Of a DNA stretch of 64,000 nucleotides, positions 1 through 13,200 are shown one piece after another (the stretch's first letter is position 1; each line of letters opens with the position of its first letter). The DNA comes from Octopus sinensis (taxonomy: Eukaryota). A model generated the notes under the pieces. The model saw only the letters and a list, made by a program, of their open reading frames with translations, was not told where the DNA came from and did not search any database. The stretch is taken from assembly GCF_006345805.1 (NCBI RefSeq), contig NC_043014.1:26846001-26910000 (forward strand), in the 5' to 3' direction. The position numbers and the translations under genes are program-made.

Positions 1-562
1 TGGATGAGGACAGCCGTGTAAAAAAGTGCCAATTTCTCTAACTGTGGAAGAGGTATACACAGGAGGGCATGGAACAAGGTGGTGAAGCATGATCTTCGAA
101 TGTTGGGCTTCACAGAAGTAATGACAAGTGACCGAGACCTTTGGCAATGTGACATTTGACAAGAGTCATCAAGCCAAGTGAAATCATAGTCATGGCCGAG
201 GCTGGTGTCACATAACAGGCACCCATGCCAGTAGCACATAAAAAGCACCCTTTGAACATTGGATCTCATGGAGGCGATAAGTGACTGAGACCTTTGGTGA
301 TATGCCATGCTTGAAAAGATTCGTCAAGCCAAGTGAAACTGTAGTTGTGGCCGATGCCAGTGTCACACAGCTTGCACCCATGCCAGTGGCATATGAAAAG
401 CACCCATTACACTCTTGAAATGGTTGGTGTAAGGAACAGCATTCAGTCGTAGAAACCATGCCAAATCAGACTGGAACCTGGCACAGCTCTCCAACTACCA
501 GTTTTAGTCAAACCATCTAACCCATGCCAGCATGGAGAGCAGATGCTAAATGATGATGATAA
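1..562 (+). mobile_element. RTE-clade LINE 3' fragment (end of ORF plus 3'UTR)
   Basis: Decayed MDEDSRVKKCQ...VEEVYTGGHGTRW segment homologous to the C-terminus of the 19507-20181 ORF, ending in aaatgatgatgat. Confidence 0.8.
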
Positions 563-1069
563 TTTATGTTTAAACTGGCCAGATCAAACTTCTCACACCT
601 ACCCAACATTGTTATTTTAGAAATAAACAATTACATCATCAAAACCACAAAGCTGCAGGATTAATTCAAAGCAATGTGAATAAAAAAAAAAACATTACAT
701 TTGACAAAGTAATCCAAACATTAAAGGGATAAAATAAGTTGTTTGCTGGAAGGGCCAGGGGTATTACCTTTCTTAGAAATTTGATATTCTATAGCATATT
801 TCTATAGAACTAAGAAGATCACAGAAGAGAAAAGGAGAGATTGAATATGAGCTACCTCTGAAGCCCATTGTAATGTGCTCAAGTATGTGGTGATGAGCAT
901 AGTGAAATGGAAAGGGACAACTTTAGATGAGACCAACCTAGCATGTGCAGCATGTTGGTAGGCAGCAAATGTGGGGGTTTTCTTTGCAGGAATGCCTATA
1001 ACTGAACCATCAGTTGGCAAAGATTCTATTAACAAGGGAACAAAAGGAGCAGCTGCAGTTTGGGAGGTA

Positions 1070-2310
1070 AGAGAGCTTGTGGAAGATAGATTTTGTATGT
1101 GGCAGATGCTCAGGAGCAATAAACACTGAAAATGTGCAGAGAACAACTTGTGCTACATTCCAGGGAGAAAAACTAGAAGTAGTTGATAGCTTCCGTTACC
1201 TAGGTGACCAAGTCAGTAGTGGGGGTGGGTGCTCTGAAAGTGTAGCTGCTAGAATAAAAATAGCCTGGGCAAAGTTCAGAAAGCTCCTACCTCTGTTGAT
1301 GACAAAGGGCCTCTTTCTCAGAGTAAAAGGTAGATTGTATGATAGATGTGTACGGACAGCCATGCTACATGGCAGTGAAACATGGGCCATGACTGCTGAG
1401 GACATGCATAAGCTTGCAAGGAATGAAGCCAGTATGCTCCGCTGGATGTGTAATGTCAGTGTGCATACTCGACAGAGAGTAAGTACCTTGAGAGAAAAGT
1501 TGGATCTAAGAAGCATCAGATGTGGTGTGCAAGAGAGATGACTGTGTTGGTATGGTCATATGGTGAAAATGGATGAGAATAGCTGTGTGAAGAAGTGTCA
1601 CACCCTAGTGGTTGAGGGAACCTGTGGAAGAGGTAGACTCAGGGAGACCTGGGATGAGGTGGTGAAGCATGACCTTTGAACATTAGGCCTCACTAGTGAC
1701 CGAGACCTTTGGAAATATGCTGTGCTTGAGAAGACACAGCAAACCAAGTGAGATCATAACCCGTGGCCTATGCCAGTGCTGTAACCAGCCCACTTATGCG
1801 TACTTTTCCTTCACTGGACACTATACTCTGCTTGCAAAGACCTGTTGAGGTAAGTAAAATCAAAATCGAAGTCAAATTCGATGACGGCACCGCATGACTG
1901 GCATCCATGCTAGTGGAGTGCTAAGAGTACCATCTAAACGTGATCGTTGCCAGGGCCGCTGACTGGCTTCTGTGCCTGTGGCATGTAAAACACCATTTGA
2001 GCATGATCCTTACCAGTGTCACCTTACTGGCACTTGAAAAACAACATTCAAGCGAGGTCATTGCCAGTACTGCTGGAATGGCTTCTGTGCAGGTGGCATG
2101 TAAAAAACACCATTTGAGCATGGCCATTGTCAGTACCGTCTGACTGGCCCTCGTGCCGGTGGCATGTAAAAGCACCCACTACACACTCAGAGTGGTTGGC
2201 GTTAGGAAGGGCATCCAGCTGTAGAAACTCTGCCAGTCCTCAGTCAAACTGTCCAACACCTGCCAACATGGAAAGCGGACGTTAAATGATGATGATGATG
2301 ATGATGAGAG
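1070..2310 (+). mobile_element. 5'-truncated RTE-clade LINE in DHODH intron 2
   Basis: The ORF at 1077-1541 (FVCGRC...FRYLGDQV...LHGSETWA...RWMC) is near-identical to 19507-20181. The 3'UTR is repeat-rich and ends in a (GAT)n tail at about 2287-2307. Confidence 0.92.
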
Positions 2311-2873
2311 ACATACTTCAGAAAATGGTTTTGCAAGAATTTGTTGAGTAAAACATGTCTAGTTTGTAAGTTTGGATTAAGTTCTCCAAGCACTGTAGAT
2401 CATTTTCATTGAATGAAATGCTACAGCACAGATGAAAACAAACCACTGGAAAAATGGATTTCAGTTCATGTTTTAATTATGTGCTAGATGTGGAAAGGCA
2501 TGTCAAAGAAGATGGTTCCACACTCTTCTTTAAAATGTGCGAGATACACCATTATCATCATCTTGAACTTCCAACTCATTCAACTTCATATTAGTAACTG
2601 CATTTCCAACTCATACAGATTAAAAAGATGACAATAAATAATGGACACATTACTATCCATGATAAACTATTCCAGAAGATGGTATGGCCATGGTTGGAAA
2701 GGCCTTTCATCTAAAATCTCTTTTACTTGGGTTGACCTGAGGATAAACAGGTTAACAAGTAAATGCATAGAGAGAGGGGGAAGAGTGAAAGGGGGCAAGA
2801 GTGAGAGAGAGAGAATGCTATACAGATATGATGTCACATACAAACATACACAAACCAGAATAAAAATACTAAC

Positions 2874-3083
2874 CAGAATAGCAGGATCAGCTACAGATGA
2901 CCTTCCAAAGAGCCGATATTTTGCTAAGGCAACACCAAATCTGTGCGCATTCTCAGGACTCAGGATTTTCACAGCTGGCATCACAAACTGGCTGTAGAAC
3001 TTCTCATTTCCCTGATATATTGAGATGCCTGAGAAGCAAACCATTCCTCCCGTGACAATGACAGCAACTTCTCGAAGTTGCTT
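2874..3083 (-). CDS. DHODH: Dihydroorotate dehydrogenase, coding exon 2 (210 nt). Exon 3 onward lies left of the window.
   Basis: tttatag|KQLREVAVIVTGGMVCFSGISIYQGNEKFYSQFVMPAVKILSPENAHRFGVALAKYRLFGRSSVADPAIL|gttagt aligns with human KRAQDAVIILGGGG...GDERFYAEHLMP...DPESAHRLAV...DSDML and has the same exon boundaries. Confidence 0.95.
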
Positions 3084-4142
3084 CTATAAAAGTAACAAAG
3101 AAAAGAAATTTAAAAAAAAGGGATCTTGAGAAAGTTTTTAAAAATTCATTCAAAAATGATTATTTTCTATGCTTTTTTTCTGATAATGTTAGATGATTTT
3201 TGGTTTTTAATGAATTTTGTTGTAATCATTATGTTAAATCCCTCCTCAGCTGATACATTATAACTTTGTATAGTGCTAGGTCAGCTCTGACTGAGGGATC
3301 CTATGGCATAGGAAACAAGTAAACATGACCCAAAGGTCAGTTTTCCAGATATACCTTATCTTTTGCCTATCTCTTGTCAGCATACTCTCTGATACAGTGA
3401 TGAATCACATGAGTACCAGTGTGGCAAACAGAGTGGCAGTCTCTCCACTAACCAGTCTATTTCCATACACCTTGGGTGGTGGTCACAGCAAAAGTAGATG
3501 AAGTGAACATGATCAGAATGTGACAGTTGCAGTGTGTATACCTACACAATTTGTAAGTTAAGAGATATTTTTTCATAGTGTGCCCCTTGCTTGTCTGGGT
3601 GGAAAAAGCTGTTTGTTTTGTGTTCTGTTTATGGGATGTGTAACAGTTTTCTGAAGCACTTATGTTGAAATGTCTGGATTCTTCATTCCATGTCAGCTGT
3701 AAGAGGCCAGCTCTCACAAACATATTAAAAGGATGTGTTATAATACTATTCCACATATACAAAAACAGTCATACCAACAATCCAACATACCTCCATCATC
3801 AGCTATCCCATGGATATCATTATAGTTTCAACACCTGGGCAGTACCATTCAATCCGGCGGTGTCAGCAGCACTAAAATAAGTGTTGTTTGGGAACAAAAA
3901 TACCAAAGAAACCACAACTTTCAAACACATTTACCCTATGTACAACAGTATTGGTAAATAAATTCAATAAGTAAATCAATAACCAACAGCTAAATATGTA
4001 ACTAAACAGCAACCAAACCTTTAAGTCATGCATTTTATTCCCTACAATCTTCCATAGTATAATATAAAAGTGAAAGCTTATAGCCACATTCATTCAATCT
4101 AAATATAGGCAGGGTTAAACATTATATATATATATATATATA

Positions 4143-4800
4143 TTGGGTCATCTCATAAATAATGGGTTTTTTTCAATTGCATGAACTAAAAGGGAGACAG
4201 GATAAACTACCTGCATCAACTTGCTATAAAAACAGGTAGTAATTTTACCTTGTGCTTATTTTTAATGCAAGTTTAGAAGAGTGCAGTTCGATTTTAACAG
4301 TTATTTTTTCAAAGCTATAATGGAAGTGACAAAGGAGCATATTCAGCATATTTTGCTTTATAAGGCAACAACGCAAACTGAAAGTGTGAGAAATATTAAT
4401 GCAGTATGTGGGAATCAGACAATAAGCGTAAGCCAGTGTCAGCAGTGGTTCCAGAAATTCTGAGCCAGAAACTACAGCCACATACAGTGAGGATGATATT
4501 CCAAAGACTGGAGCAGATTGAATGGGAAACAATGTCTCACCCACCATATTTGCCGGACATTGTCCCATCTGATTATCATTTATTCCACAATCTTCAAAAT
4601 CATTTGGATGGAAAACATGAATTCTGTAGATGAGGTCAGAACAGTATTGGAGGAATATCTTACATTATGGACAAGTGAATTTAGGAAGAGGAGCCTAGTA
4701 AGTCTACCAAATAAATGGAAGAGCATTGTAGAAAAAGGAGAGAATATTTTAGATTAAAAAAGAACTTTGTTTATCTTAATTTTGAAAAATAAAAGAATAA
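4143..4800 (+). mobile_element. Decayed mariner (Tc1/mariner) transposon
   Basis: HPPYLPDIVPSDYHLFHNLQNHL is a variant of the mariner YSPDLAPSDY motif, and SLPNKWKSIVEKGENI matches a mariner C-terminus. The element starts after a TA run. Confidence 0.85.
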
Positions 4801-5396
4801 TCAGCCAAAATTGCGAGGATAATCTGGTGCTTGACTGAGGAAAGAAAACTTCGAATGAGCCGTCCTTGTTTTCTTTGTATCGTTTATCTTGAGGTTTTTT
4901 GTCCCTTTTTGTATCACCTACCTGTCCGGATGTTTTGCGTTCTTGTCCCATTTTGTATTTTTGATATATATATATGTGTGTGTGTGTGTATACTTTTCTT
5001 TTATTCTTTTACTTGTTTCAGTCATTGGACTGCAGCCATGCTGAAGCACTGCCTTGAAAGGTTTTAGCCAAACAAATTGACTCCAGGACTTACTTCTTAA
5101 GCCTAGTACTTATTTTGATGGTCTCTTTTGTTGAACCACTAAAAACACCAATGCTGGTTGTCAACAGATGATGGGGGAACAAATACACATAGTTATATAC
5201 ATATATATATGACAAGGCTCTTTCAGTTTTCATCTACCAAATCCACTTACAAGGCCTTGTCAGTCCAAGAGTATAGTAGAAGACACTTGCCCAAGGTGCC
5301 ACGTAGTGGGACTGAACCTGGAATCGTGCCATTGGGAAGCAAGCTTCATACTACAAAGCCATGCCAGAGTCCAGTCAGCACAAACACACATATATA

Positions 5397-6070
5397 CAGG
5401 GTGTGATGGGTAAATTGCACCATTCACTCTGCCAGAAATTTGGAAACGACATGCTGTGCTGCTTGACATTCATGCCAGAAGCTCCAGTACAAACATTTCA
5501 GACGGTTGGGTGTCAACCTGAGTCCTCAAAACATGTACCAAGAGCAATAAAAATCAAAGATCCAGTCAACATCATGGTTGAGTGATCACTAGTGATGGTG
5601 ATGTTATGCCTCCATTCATCTTCCAAAACGGCCTCAGACTCAACACGGAGGCCTTCATCAAGTGCCTGGAGGAGGTAGTGCTACCCTGGGTCAAGAGGCT
5701 GGCTGCTGGAAGACCCTATGTCTGGCAACAGGACTTTGCACCATGCCACACAATCATAGCTGTTAGACAATTTCTGTGACCACATCACGTCTAACATCTG
5801 GCTACCTGACTCCCTAGACTGCAATCCCCTTGATTATTATGTGTGGGGTGCAGTTGAGCAAGAGACCAACAAAACTCCTTGTAACACCAAAGATGAACTG
5901 AAGGCAAAGATTAAGGCAGCATTCATCAACTTAAACAAGGAGACTGTCCAGAAAAGCTGCAGGAGATTCTAAAGTCGTCTGGAGACTGTGGTTGAAGTCA
6001 ATGGCGATTTTATTAAATTAATTTACTCTTTAGTATTTCAAGATATTTTTGTGTAATTTTGGTAAATATA
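5397..6070 (+). mobile_element. Decayed Tc1/mariner-superfamily transposon, maT/DD37D-like
   Basis: SDGDVMPPFIF...LNTEAFIKCLEEVVLPWV...YVWQQDFAPCH...DCNPLDYYVWGAVE...FINLNKETVQKSC. It starts TA|CAGGGTG. Confidence 0.85.
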
Positions 6071-6776
6071 TCTGTTAAAATGAGATTTTTGTGTAATTTA
6101 GGACACTTTATATATCTATATATATAAAACTCAACTTGTGTGTCTAACTTCCTGGCACATCTCTTCCAAGCCAACAAATCATAGAACCACCAAAAATGGG
6201 TCACTTAAAGTTTAGGTGAATGAAAATTGAACTGCGCTATTTCTGTTCTGAAATTCATCTCGCAGGTGCAAAAATCGATAATGTGTTTGTTTAGGCCTTA
6301 TCCCATGCATTGAATAGTGAACTTTTACTTAGTCAGCTGTTTGACGTGAACTGTGTTCACCACGTGTGCAAGCATGCGTAAATTGCATGAAAAATAAAAA
6401 ATCAAGATATAAAAACGAATTGCTGTAAACATTGTAGAAATTCGGGAAAGAAATGAATTTTCGGGATGTAGCCTGGAGGGTTTTTTCGTATTGTTTGGAC
6501 CTTGTGAACACATACCAATTGTTTTCATAACATTTTTAACGCTTTGAATTAAATGTGACCATTTTGCATTGAGTCTGCAGTTTGAATCACTTTAACCAAA
6601 TTTTAGTAGGCCGGATTTTTCATCATCACGATACATCACCAGCAACTCCCTGAAACTCTCCCCTGAAATCCCCATTGAGAAATCTATATATATAAAACTC
6701 AACTCGTGTGTCTGTGTGTTTAACTTTTGGATCTACCAAGTTTCATTATTAAGGATGGAAAGTAGTGTGTAGCAAA

Positions 6777-7178
6777 TCTATATATATATATATATATATA
6801 TATAAAGCTGAAGTTGTCTGTGTGTGGCAGGTTTGGTAGCCTTCAACTAACGCTATCGCTTTCAAGACCCAGCAGCACAAGTTGACCAAAATTGAGAGTA
6901 TGATAGAAGGCTTGCTCTTCATTCTGTAGAAGATATAATTCAAATCGGACCATGTTAACACCAAAAATTATTTACATCAAAAAGGTGCTTTTTTTCTATG
7001 AAAATCCCTATTTTTTACGATTTTTGACTGCTGTGTCACCATTTTTCGGTGTATTTCAACTGGAAAAATGTTCACTTGAAGAGAATAACAAGTTGCATAA
7101 TGCAAAATTTTTACTTTTCAAAAATTCCAATTCTAAAGGGTCGAAACAAACCCAAGCAACACCGGGTGATACTGCTAG
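6777..7178 (+). mobile_element. Non-autonomous Helitron
   Basis: It begins a|TCTATATATA and ends with a GC-rich short hairpin (cccaagcaacaccggg) followed by CTAG|t, with an A/T insertion site and no TSD. Confidence 0.65.
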
Positions 7179-7504
7179 TATATATATATATATATATAAT
7201 GACTGGTTTCTTTCAGTTTCTGCCAACCAAATCCACCTAAAAGTCAAGTCTTGTGGGCTGCGGGCTCACAGCTACAGAAGGCACTTACTCATGATGCTAT
7301 GCAGTGGGACTGAACATGAAATCATGTAGTTAGGAAGGAAGCTTCTTAACTACAGAGCTATGCCTGCACCTATTTGTTTTAAGTTATGTTGCTGAGAGTG
7401 ATAGTTGTATTCCATATTCTTGGGTTACTGGTTAGAAGAATCACAATGGATTTAACAGAAGCTATTTGTTTTGAAGTAAGGATTTTTAGGTTGTTCATTC
7501 AGAG

Positions 7505-7737
7505 CAGTGGTTCTCAACTGGGGTCCATATAAGATTTTATTAAAATTTACGTTCAATAAGTTGGTCATACTTCTACAGTACACAAAATATTTTAATTTCT
7601 TTAAACAATACCAAATAGTATTTAATTATAAAAATGCAGTAGGATTTTTTTTATATTCACTGAATGGTTATGGATGTCCAGTAGAGTAAAATGGGAATCA
7701 AAGGGGTCCACAGGTAAAAAATAGTTGAGAACCACTG
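7505..7737. mobile_element. hAT (Charlie-like) MITE
   Basis: Perfect 14-bp TIRs CAGTGGTTCTCAAC/GTTGAGAACCACTG, with flanks ATTCAGAG and ATGTAGAG as a degenerate 8-bp TSD (6/8 match). Confidence 0.85.
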
Positions 7738-9644
7738 ATGTAGAGCTAGAGCACAGCTACCTCTGGAGAAATAGTCAAAGGATGAATAATGTTATCCACA
7801 AATGGCACGTTATGTGTTTTGAAATGAAGGAGGTTATGTAAAAATAACTAAGGAAGTTACTGTAGATAATTCAACTGTTTTATGCAACCATCACACATCT
7901 TAAACAGGGACCTTGAATTATTTCTTCGTTTTTTATCTAAAAAGCTACAGCTCTAATTCTTTAGAGTATAGCTTAGGGTGAGTGGACATAAGTACAGAAG
8001 TGTGCTCCGCCCACCACATAACGTTCTTTAAAATGCACGTTTTTTTGGGGTTCTTTTTTTCCTTGAAATTTTCCACATGCATTTTCAACACTGATAACAG
8101 ACAAAATAGAAAAAGAATTTTCATTGTTTTCATTTAGAATATCATTGCCTCCACAAACACACGTGCGGGACTTGTTTTAGTGAAATATTCCAGGAATACG
8201 CTTTTTTTTTTTCTTCAAAATTTAATCACGATATTCATACATAACACCCTCGAAAGGTATCTCAGGTAAATGTTATTATAAAATATGCATTTTAAAGAAA
8301 GTTACGAGAATACTAAGTTGGTTGGACACTTCTGCACAAAAGTATAAAAATGTGCTTTCACTGACAATGTTTCCCAAAAACAAAGTTTGTTTTTCAAAGT
8401 TTTATCAAGATAATCGGAATCTACACCCTCGAAAACTTCTCTGGAAACTCTCATTTAAAATCTATGCATTTAACAAAGTCCCTGAAAGTGTAGAATGTTT
8501 CTAAACATAACACTTTTTTCCCAGTATGTTCTGATCTACTCCACTTAGAATTGTATCTGGAAAATTGCCTTAAAACGTATGCACTTTTAATAAAGTTATT
8601 AGGGAACAAAGAGGAGATGGGACAACACTTCAGTGGTTATGCCAGATGATTCGGATATCTGGTGTGTTAGGGTTGGTTTAGAGATAAGATCGATCAATAA
8701 ATAGAATAGATTAACTTTCCTCAAGCCCTTTACGAGCGCGCCAAGTAAACAATGCCCAAATATTGCACGCACCTTCACTTCTGCAAAAGATCAGTAGTGA
8801 AGGACAAACATTTATAATGACCTGCCACAGTTTGATTTTAATTATCAAATTAGAACCCATTCAATTTATTTTAATAATACTATTGGAGAAGAGACAGGAA
8901 TGTCAATTCTTTTCTAATTTTCCTCATCCAAAAGTGTAAAAAAAAATCTATTTCTGTCTATGGGTGTGAACGTTTTCCACTACACAAAGTGAGGAACCCT
9001 CAAGTTAGTTACCTGCTGTTTTATTATTAGAATTTAAAGTATATTGTTATTTTGTTATTTGGACTACTCTGTTTAAATATCGAGTATCTTGTTGAGATTT
9101 TAGATTGTTTGGGGAGGAAGTTTTTTTTTTATGTTTAGGAACAAGACCATCAGGTGTTTTGTGATCACTAAGGTGTCAGCCTAGCCTAGGCAACCTTGTT
9201 GATTATGCAACGATGTTTCGATTGCCGATTTTGCTTAGAATGTATGTTTTATCAAAAGGAAAGAAGAAATCAAAATCATTATTCGAAACCAATTAACGGG
9301 GTACGGGGGAGAAAAAAAGCGTTAAAATTGTAGTTCTTTTGAAGTGGGGCGAACAATGAAAAAATAAGTCTTTTTAAGTTAGTCAGTCATCTCTTCTACA
9401 CTACAAAGTCGATTTTAAACTACAAAGCATGCATTTAAACTTCGAAACACGGTGCTCCAACAAAATGAATTATATAACTTGCTTTTTCGTTTCGCCTAAT
9501 CTATTTGACATTCGGTAAATTAAAATTTTGACGGGAGCAAAGTCTTCTGGTAAGATGAATATAACTAAGAATGCCAAAACCCATCCCTAGAAATTAAATC
9601 TTGAACATGATTTAGCTTACTTGCGACAATCTTAATTAACTTAC

Positions 9645-9674
9645 GATAACATGGGTCCATTGACTGGAAACCAT
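9645..9674 (-). CDS. DHODH: Dihydroorotate dehydrogenase (quinone), mitochondrial; coding exon 1 (MVSSQWTHVI)
   Basis: The minus strand reads acgATGG-TT-TCC-AGT-CAA-TGG-ACC-CAT-GTT-ATC|gtaagt, with good start context and a consensus phase-0 donor that matches the phase-0 acceptor of exon 2. WTHV resembles the short human exon 1 (MAWRHLK). Confidence 0.75.
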
Positions 9675-9987
9675 CGTGCCGACGACGAACTTCGTTGGAA
9701 CCACGTTCGATTAAGAGCACATGCGCAATTAAAAACTAATTTAGCCGATAAGGCATCTTACGGTATTGAAAACGGGAATTTTATTTATTCTGTTTTCTTT
9801 TTAAAGGAGAAGATAAAAGGATAAGAATATTTCATTATTGATAAGTATAGGCTACATATAAATATGAGACTTATACTTAATGAAAAAAAAACAAGGAATA
9901 ATAATCGTCGGTAATGGTCCTTGTGAAAGCTCATATTGTGTAAATATGAGAAGCGGTCTCAAGACAGTTGCACGTGTATAATCAGAC
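9675..9987. promoter_or_regulatory. Putative bidirectional promoter and 5'UTRs shared by DHODH (-) and MPHOSPH6 (+)
   Basis: The divergent ATGs are 313 bp apart and the local CpG content is visibly higher than in the flanks. There is an NRF1-like TGCGCATGTGC (minus strand, 9717-9727) and an E-box CACGTG (9971-9976). Confidence 0.7.
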
Positions 9988-10044
9988 ATGGCAGCCGCTG
10001 ATATGAAGAAGACTAAATTGTCTAAAGCAGTTCTTGGTTTAAAG
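9988..10044 (+). CDS. MPHOSPH6: M-phase phosphoprotein 6 (exosome cofactor MPP6), coding exon 1
   Basis: MAAADMKKTKLSKAVLGLK|gttaga compares with human MAAERKTKLSKNLLRMK; phase 0. Confidence 0.92.
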
Positions 10045-12473
10045 GTTAGACAAAAAAAAAGCTATAATCTCTTTAAACTTATAGTCTGTGCACTAATTTA
10101 TTCACTCCTACAGTATTGTAATATATAATTGTCGCTTGTTTTTGTTTTCCTTATTTAAGTCATCGAATCTCTAAAAGTTCTTTTCATTTGTTTATCAAAA
10201 CAATTTCCTTAAGTTTTTGTTTATATTTTCATTTTAAGTTCCTCCTATTAATTACACGAATTATGTTACATTATCGTACGAAGATTTTAAATTTATATAT
10301 TTGCGAATATATTAAATATTTGTTACGCACACATACTAAGTTCATGATCACTACCTTCCACTCTGTAACCGTTTCTTCAATTTCTCAAAGACTAGTTCTC
10401 ATATTTTACGTTCTTGTAAACGTGGCACTGGAATCAATATCGTTTACTGAGTTTAGGGTTTTATTTTCTCTCAAATTCATGTTTCTATCGAATTCTTGTC
10501 TGCCTCTGAGCCCACTGTAATTCTGTTTACAGATATAAATATAAAGGAATTATGCTTAAAGAAGTCGTCTTCCTTTTCTGTCTAATCAATCACTTAACCC
10601 ACTTTCGTGTGCTTGATTGGAATGGTTTCATTTTACTGCACTAATGTCTCTAAAAATGGCATCAATTTCACATCTTTCTCCCATCAACAGTATTCGAAGA
10701 GGGAAGTTTCTACACAATCACAGGCACATTACCCTCAAATCACACCTTGCTGTAATAAAAGGATACACTGGCTAGTGTTGCCCTCCATAGACTAATTATT
10801 AATACAGGATGGTCACCTCTTTAACCATAGTTCTGGTCAATCAAGACTGACCTGCAACTAAATAACATCAGTATTTGGTTGTCTTACCCAACCAATTTCC
10901 TGTACTGAATTAGATAGTCTGGATCAATATTGAGTACCAGATGCATACGGGAACCCGATACAGTGGGCTATACCCGCTACACTCTCCTTTAAATATAGAG
11001 TTAATGGAAAAAGCTTGTTAAATATTTAAATGCATTACCCTATGTAGTTTCAAGCCAGGTTGTACAAATCCCGCTAGTGATTTTGTCCTTCATCCCTCAT
11101 TAGTTGGTAAATTAAATACTAGTAATAAACCGAATTCGATTCAAATAACTGAATCCTCTCCTTTATTGTAATTATTATCTTAAGGAGAAAAAAAGGTGTA
11201 GGAAATAAAAATGGGCAAGGGTTAGTGTTGGGGAAAAAGTCGAAATTGAAGTTGGTGGGGGAAAAATTTCACAATGCCGATTTTTGGCAATTTTCCGGAA
11301 CCTGGGATTTTTGGAAAAAAAAAAGAAATTACAAAAATAAACAAATTTGGGAGAAAATTTCTCAAAAATGTCCGGTAAGCAAGCGGCAGAGTGGAGGCCT
11401 TTGGCAAATTCGCAAGATCCCTCATAACGAATGAGGTTGACTGTTGAACATTTGAAAGCAATTCTCTTGGTTGGTTGCAGCAATTCCAAAGCAAATATTG
11501 ATGATATCTTCAAAGCTAAACACCAGTTTTGCAAATCTCACTAACCATTTTTTGATGCTTAGTTTGTGAGATTTGGATATGTGTGCACTGGGTGTGATGT
11601 AACTATCTTATTGCTAATGCCACCTTCTTTAATAACTTTTTGGTAAATAAATTTGTTGTGTATTCACAGTATTGTACTGAACAAAATGGTTATGCAGCCT
11701 GCTGTGAAGAAAGTTTGGTAACCCTTGCTCTAGTGTGTCATGATTCCAACATGGCACCACAAGGGAAACTTGTCTGGTCACATGACACTCTTCTCTGAAA
11801 ACCCACTAATCAGGCTGCAAGCACCCTTCCTCAGTTGTACTTTTACATCATGAGAAGACTTTCATCTATTACAGCAGTCTTCCCAGGACTACCTTTCTGA
11901 ACTGGGCTGTGGAGCAAGTCTTCCACACATATTTTACAAACATGGGTATTGAAATCAACAGCTGTGCTGTGGCTCATCCCCAGTTCTTCAACCCAAAACT
12001 GAACTTGACCTATGAGAGAGAGGAAAAAAGCAATACAGTCCTAAGAGGAAAGGTGCCACCTTCCAACCATGTATCTTTTATGACAGACACACACTCGTTG
12101 CATTCTTTTTGGGAACACAGCCTATAAATTTTCCCAAGAAGCACCTTGTTCATATAAATGTTTTTTGTACATAATTTTCTTTTAGAGATAATACCCTTCT
12201 CTTACAAGTAAGAAACCACATTCTCCTTGGTTTTCAATTTTACTGTCATATTCAAAAGATTAAATGAGTTGGCTGTGGCCGTACATCTATTTAGGTTGAA
12301 AAGGCCCAGGAAAACACACAGTTCAGAATTATGAAAATGAGGTATTGAGAGGACAGTAATTGAAAATATCCTTTCATTTGTCAAAAAAGAGATAATACAA
12401 ACATTCAGAAAATAGGCACTTGTCAAAGACAATGTAGACAGGTAAAGACAATTTACATGGTTGTAGTAGTTTA

Positions 12474-12699
12474 ACCCTTTTAATAATTACTCTAGTCATA
12501 TCCAGCCAAAATAATCTGCCTCTTTTGTGTTCAAACTGGCTAGATCCAACATCTCACACCCACCCTACTATGTCATTGTAAAAATTAATAAATCACATCA
12601 TCAAAATCTCAAAGCTGCAAGTTAATGCATGATTAATTCAAAACAATGTGAATAGATATGTATTACATTTGATAGAAAAATCTAAATGGTAAAGAGTTA
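12474..12699. mobile_element. piggyBac-like MITE, degraded copy of the 44817-45036 family
   Basis: Similar along its length to 44817-45036; ends are ttaaccctt and aaagagtta. Confidence 0.6.
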
Positions 12700-13200
12700 T
12701 GCAGACTATACTTTGGTTTGTTACTATGGAAACGGGCACCAATTTCAGCAGCTTTTGATTGGTTAAAATTACCCAAAATTTACAAATTTTAAAAGCCTTC
12801 AACTTTTTATTAATTTATTACAAAAATAATTTTCATTTCCATGATTAGCATGCAAAACTGCATCAGAAAACAAAGCTTGAAAAAAAATTGAACAAAATTA
12901 AAAGAATGGAAAACTGTAACAACAGAAAATAATCTGATCATTTTTCTAGCCGCCTCTATATTAACATGGATTGAATGGATCTGTTCTAACAGAGCATCTT
13001 GTCACATTCCTTTGTCATCTGATTCAACAACAGAGAATGCCACCATTCTTTTGTTGTTTACATCATGTTTCTGTTTATTTATTATTTTATTTTACTTCAT
13101 GGCTAGATTCTCTTATTTTTGTTCTATAGAGGTAGAAATGTAGCTAATTGGATAATTCACTACTTTACATTTATAACATTTTAATGTTTAGTACATCCTA

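Noticed and set aside
990-1066. Plus-strand exon-like segment (ttttctttgcag...GAG|gtaaga; GMPITEPSVGKDSINKGTKGAAAVWE) and the antisense 114-aa ORF at 802-1146
   Set aside because: There is no recognisable homology or partner exon, it does not match DHODH exon 3, and the donor overlaps the 5' truncation point of an RTE.
9616-9660. Alternative DHODH first exons (ATG GAC CCA... or ATG TTA TC...)
   Set aside because: They end in phase 1 or 2, or hit a stop, and are incompatible with the phase-0 acceptor of exon 2.
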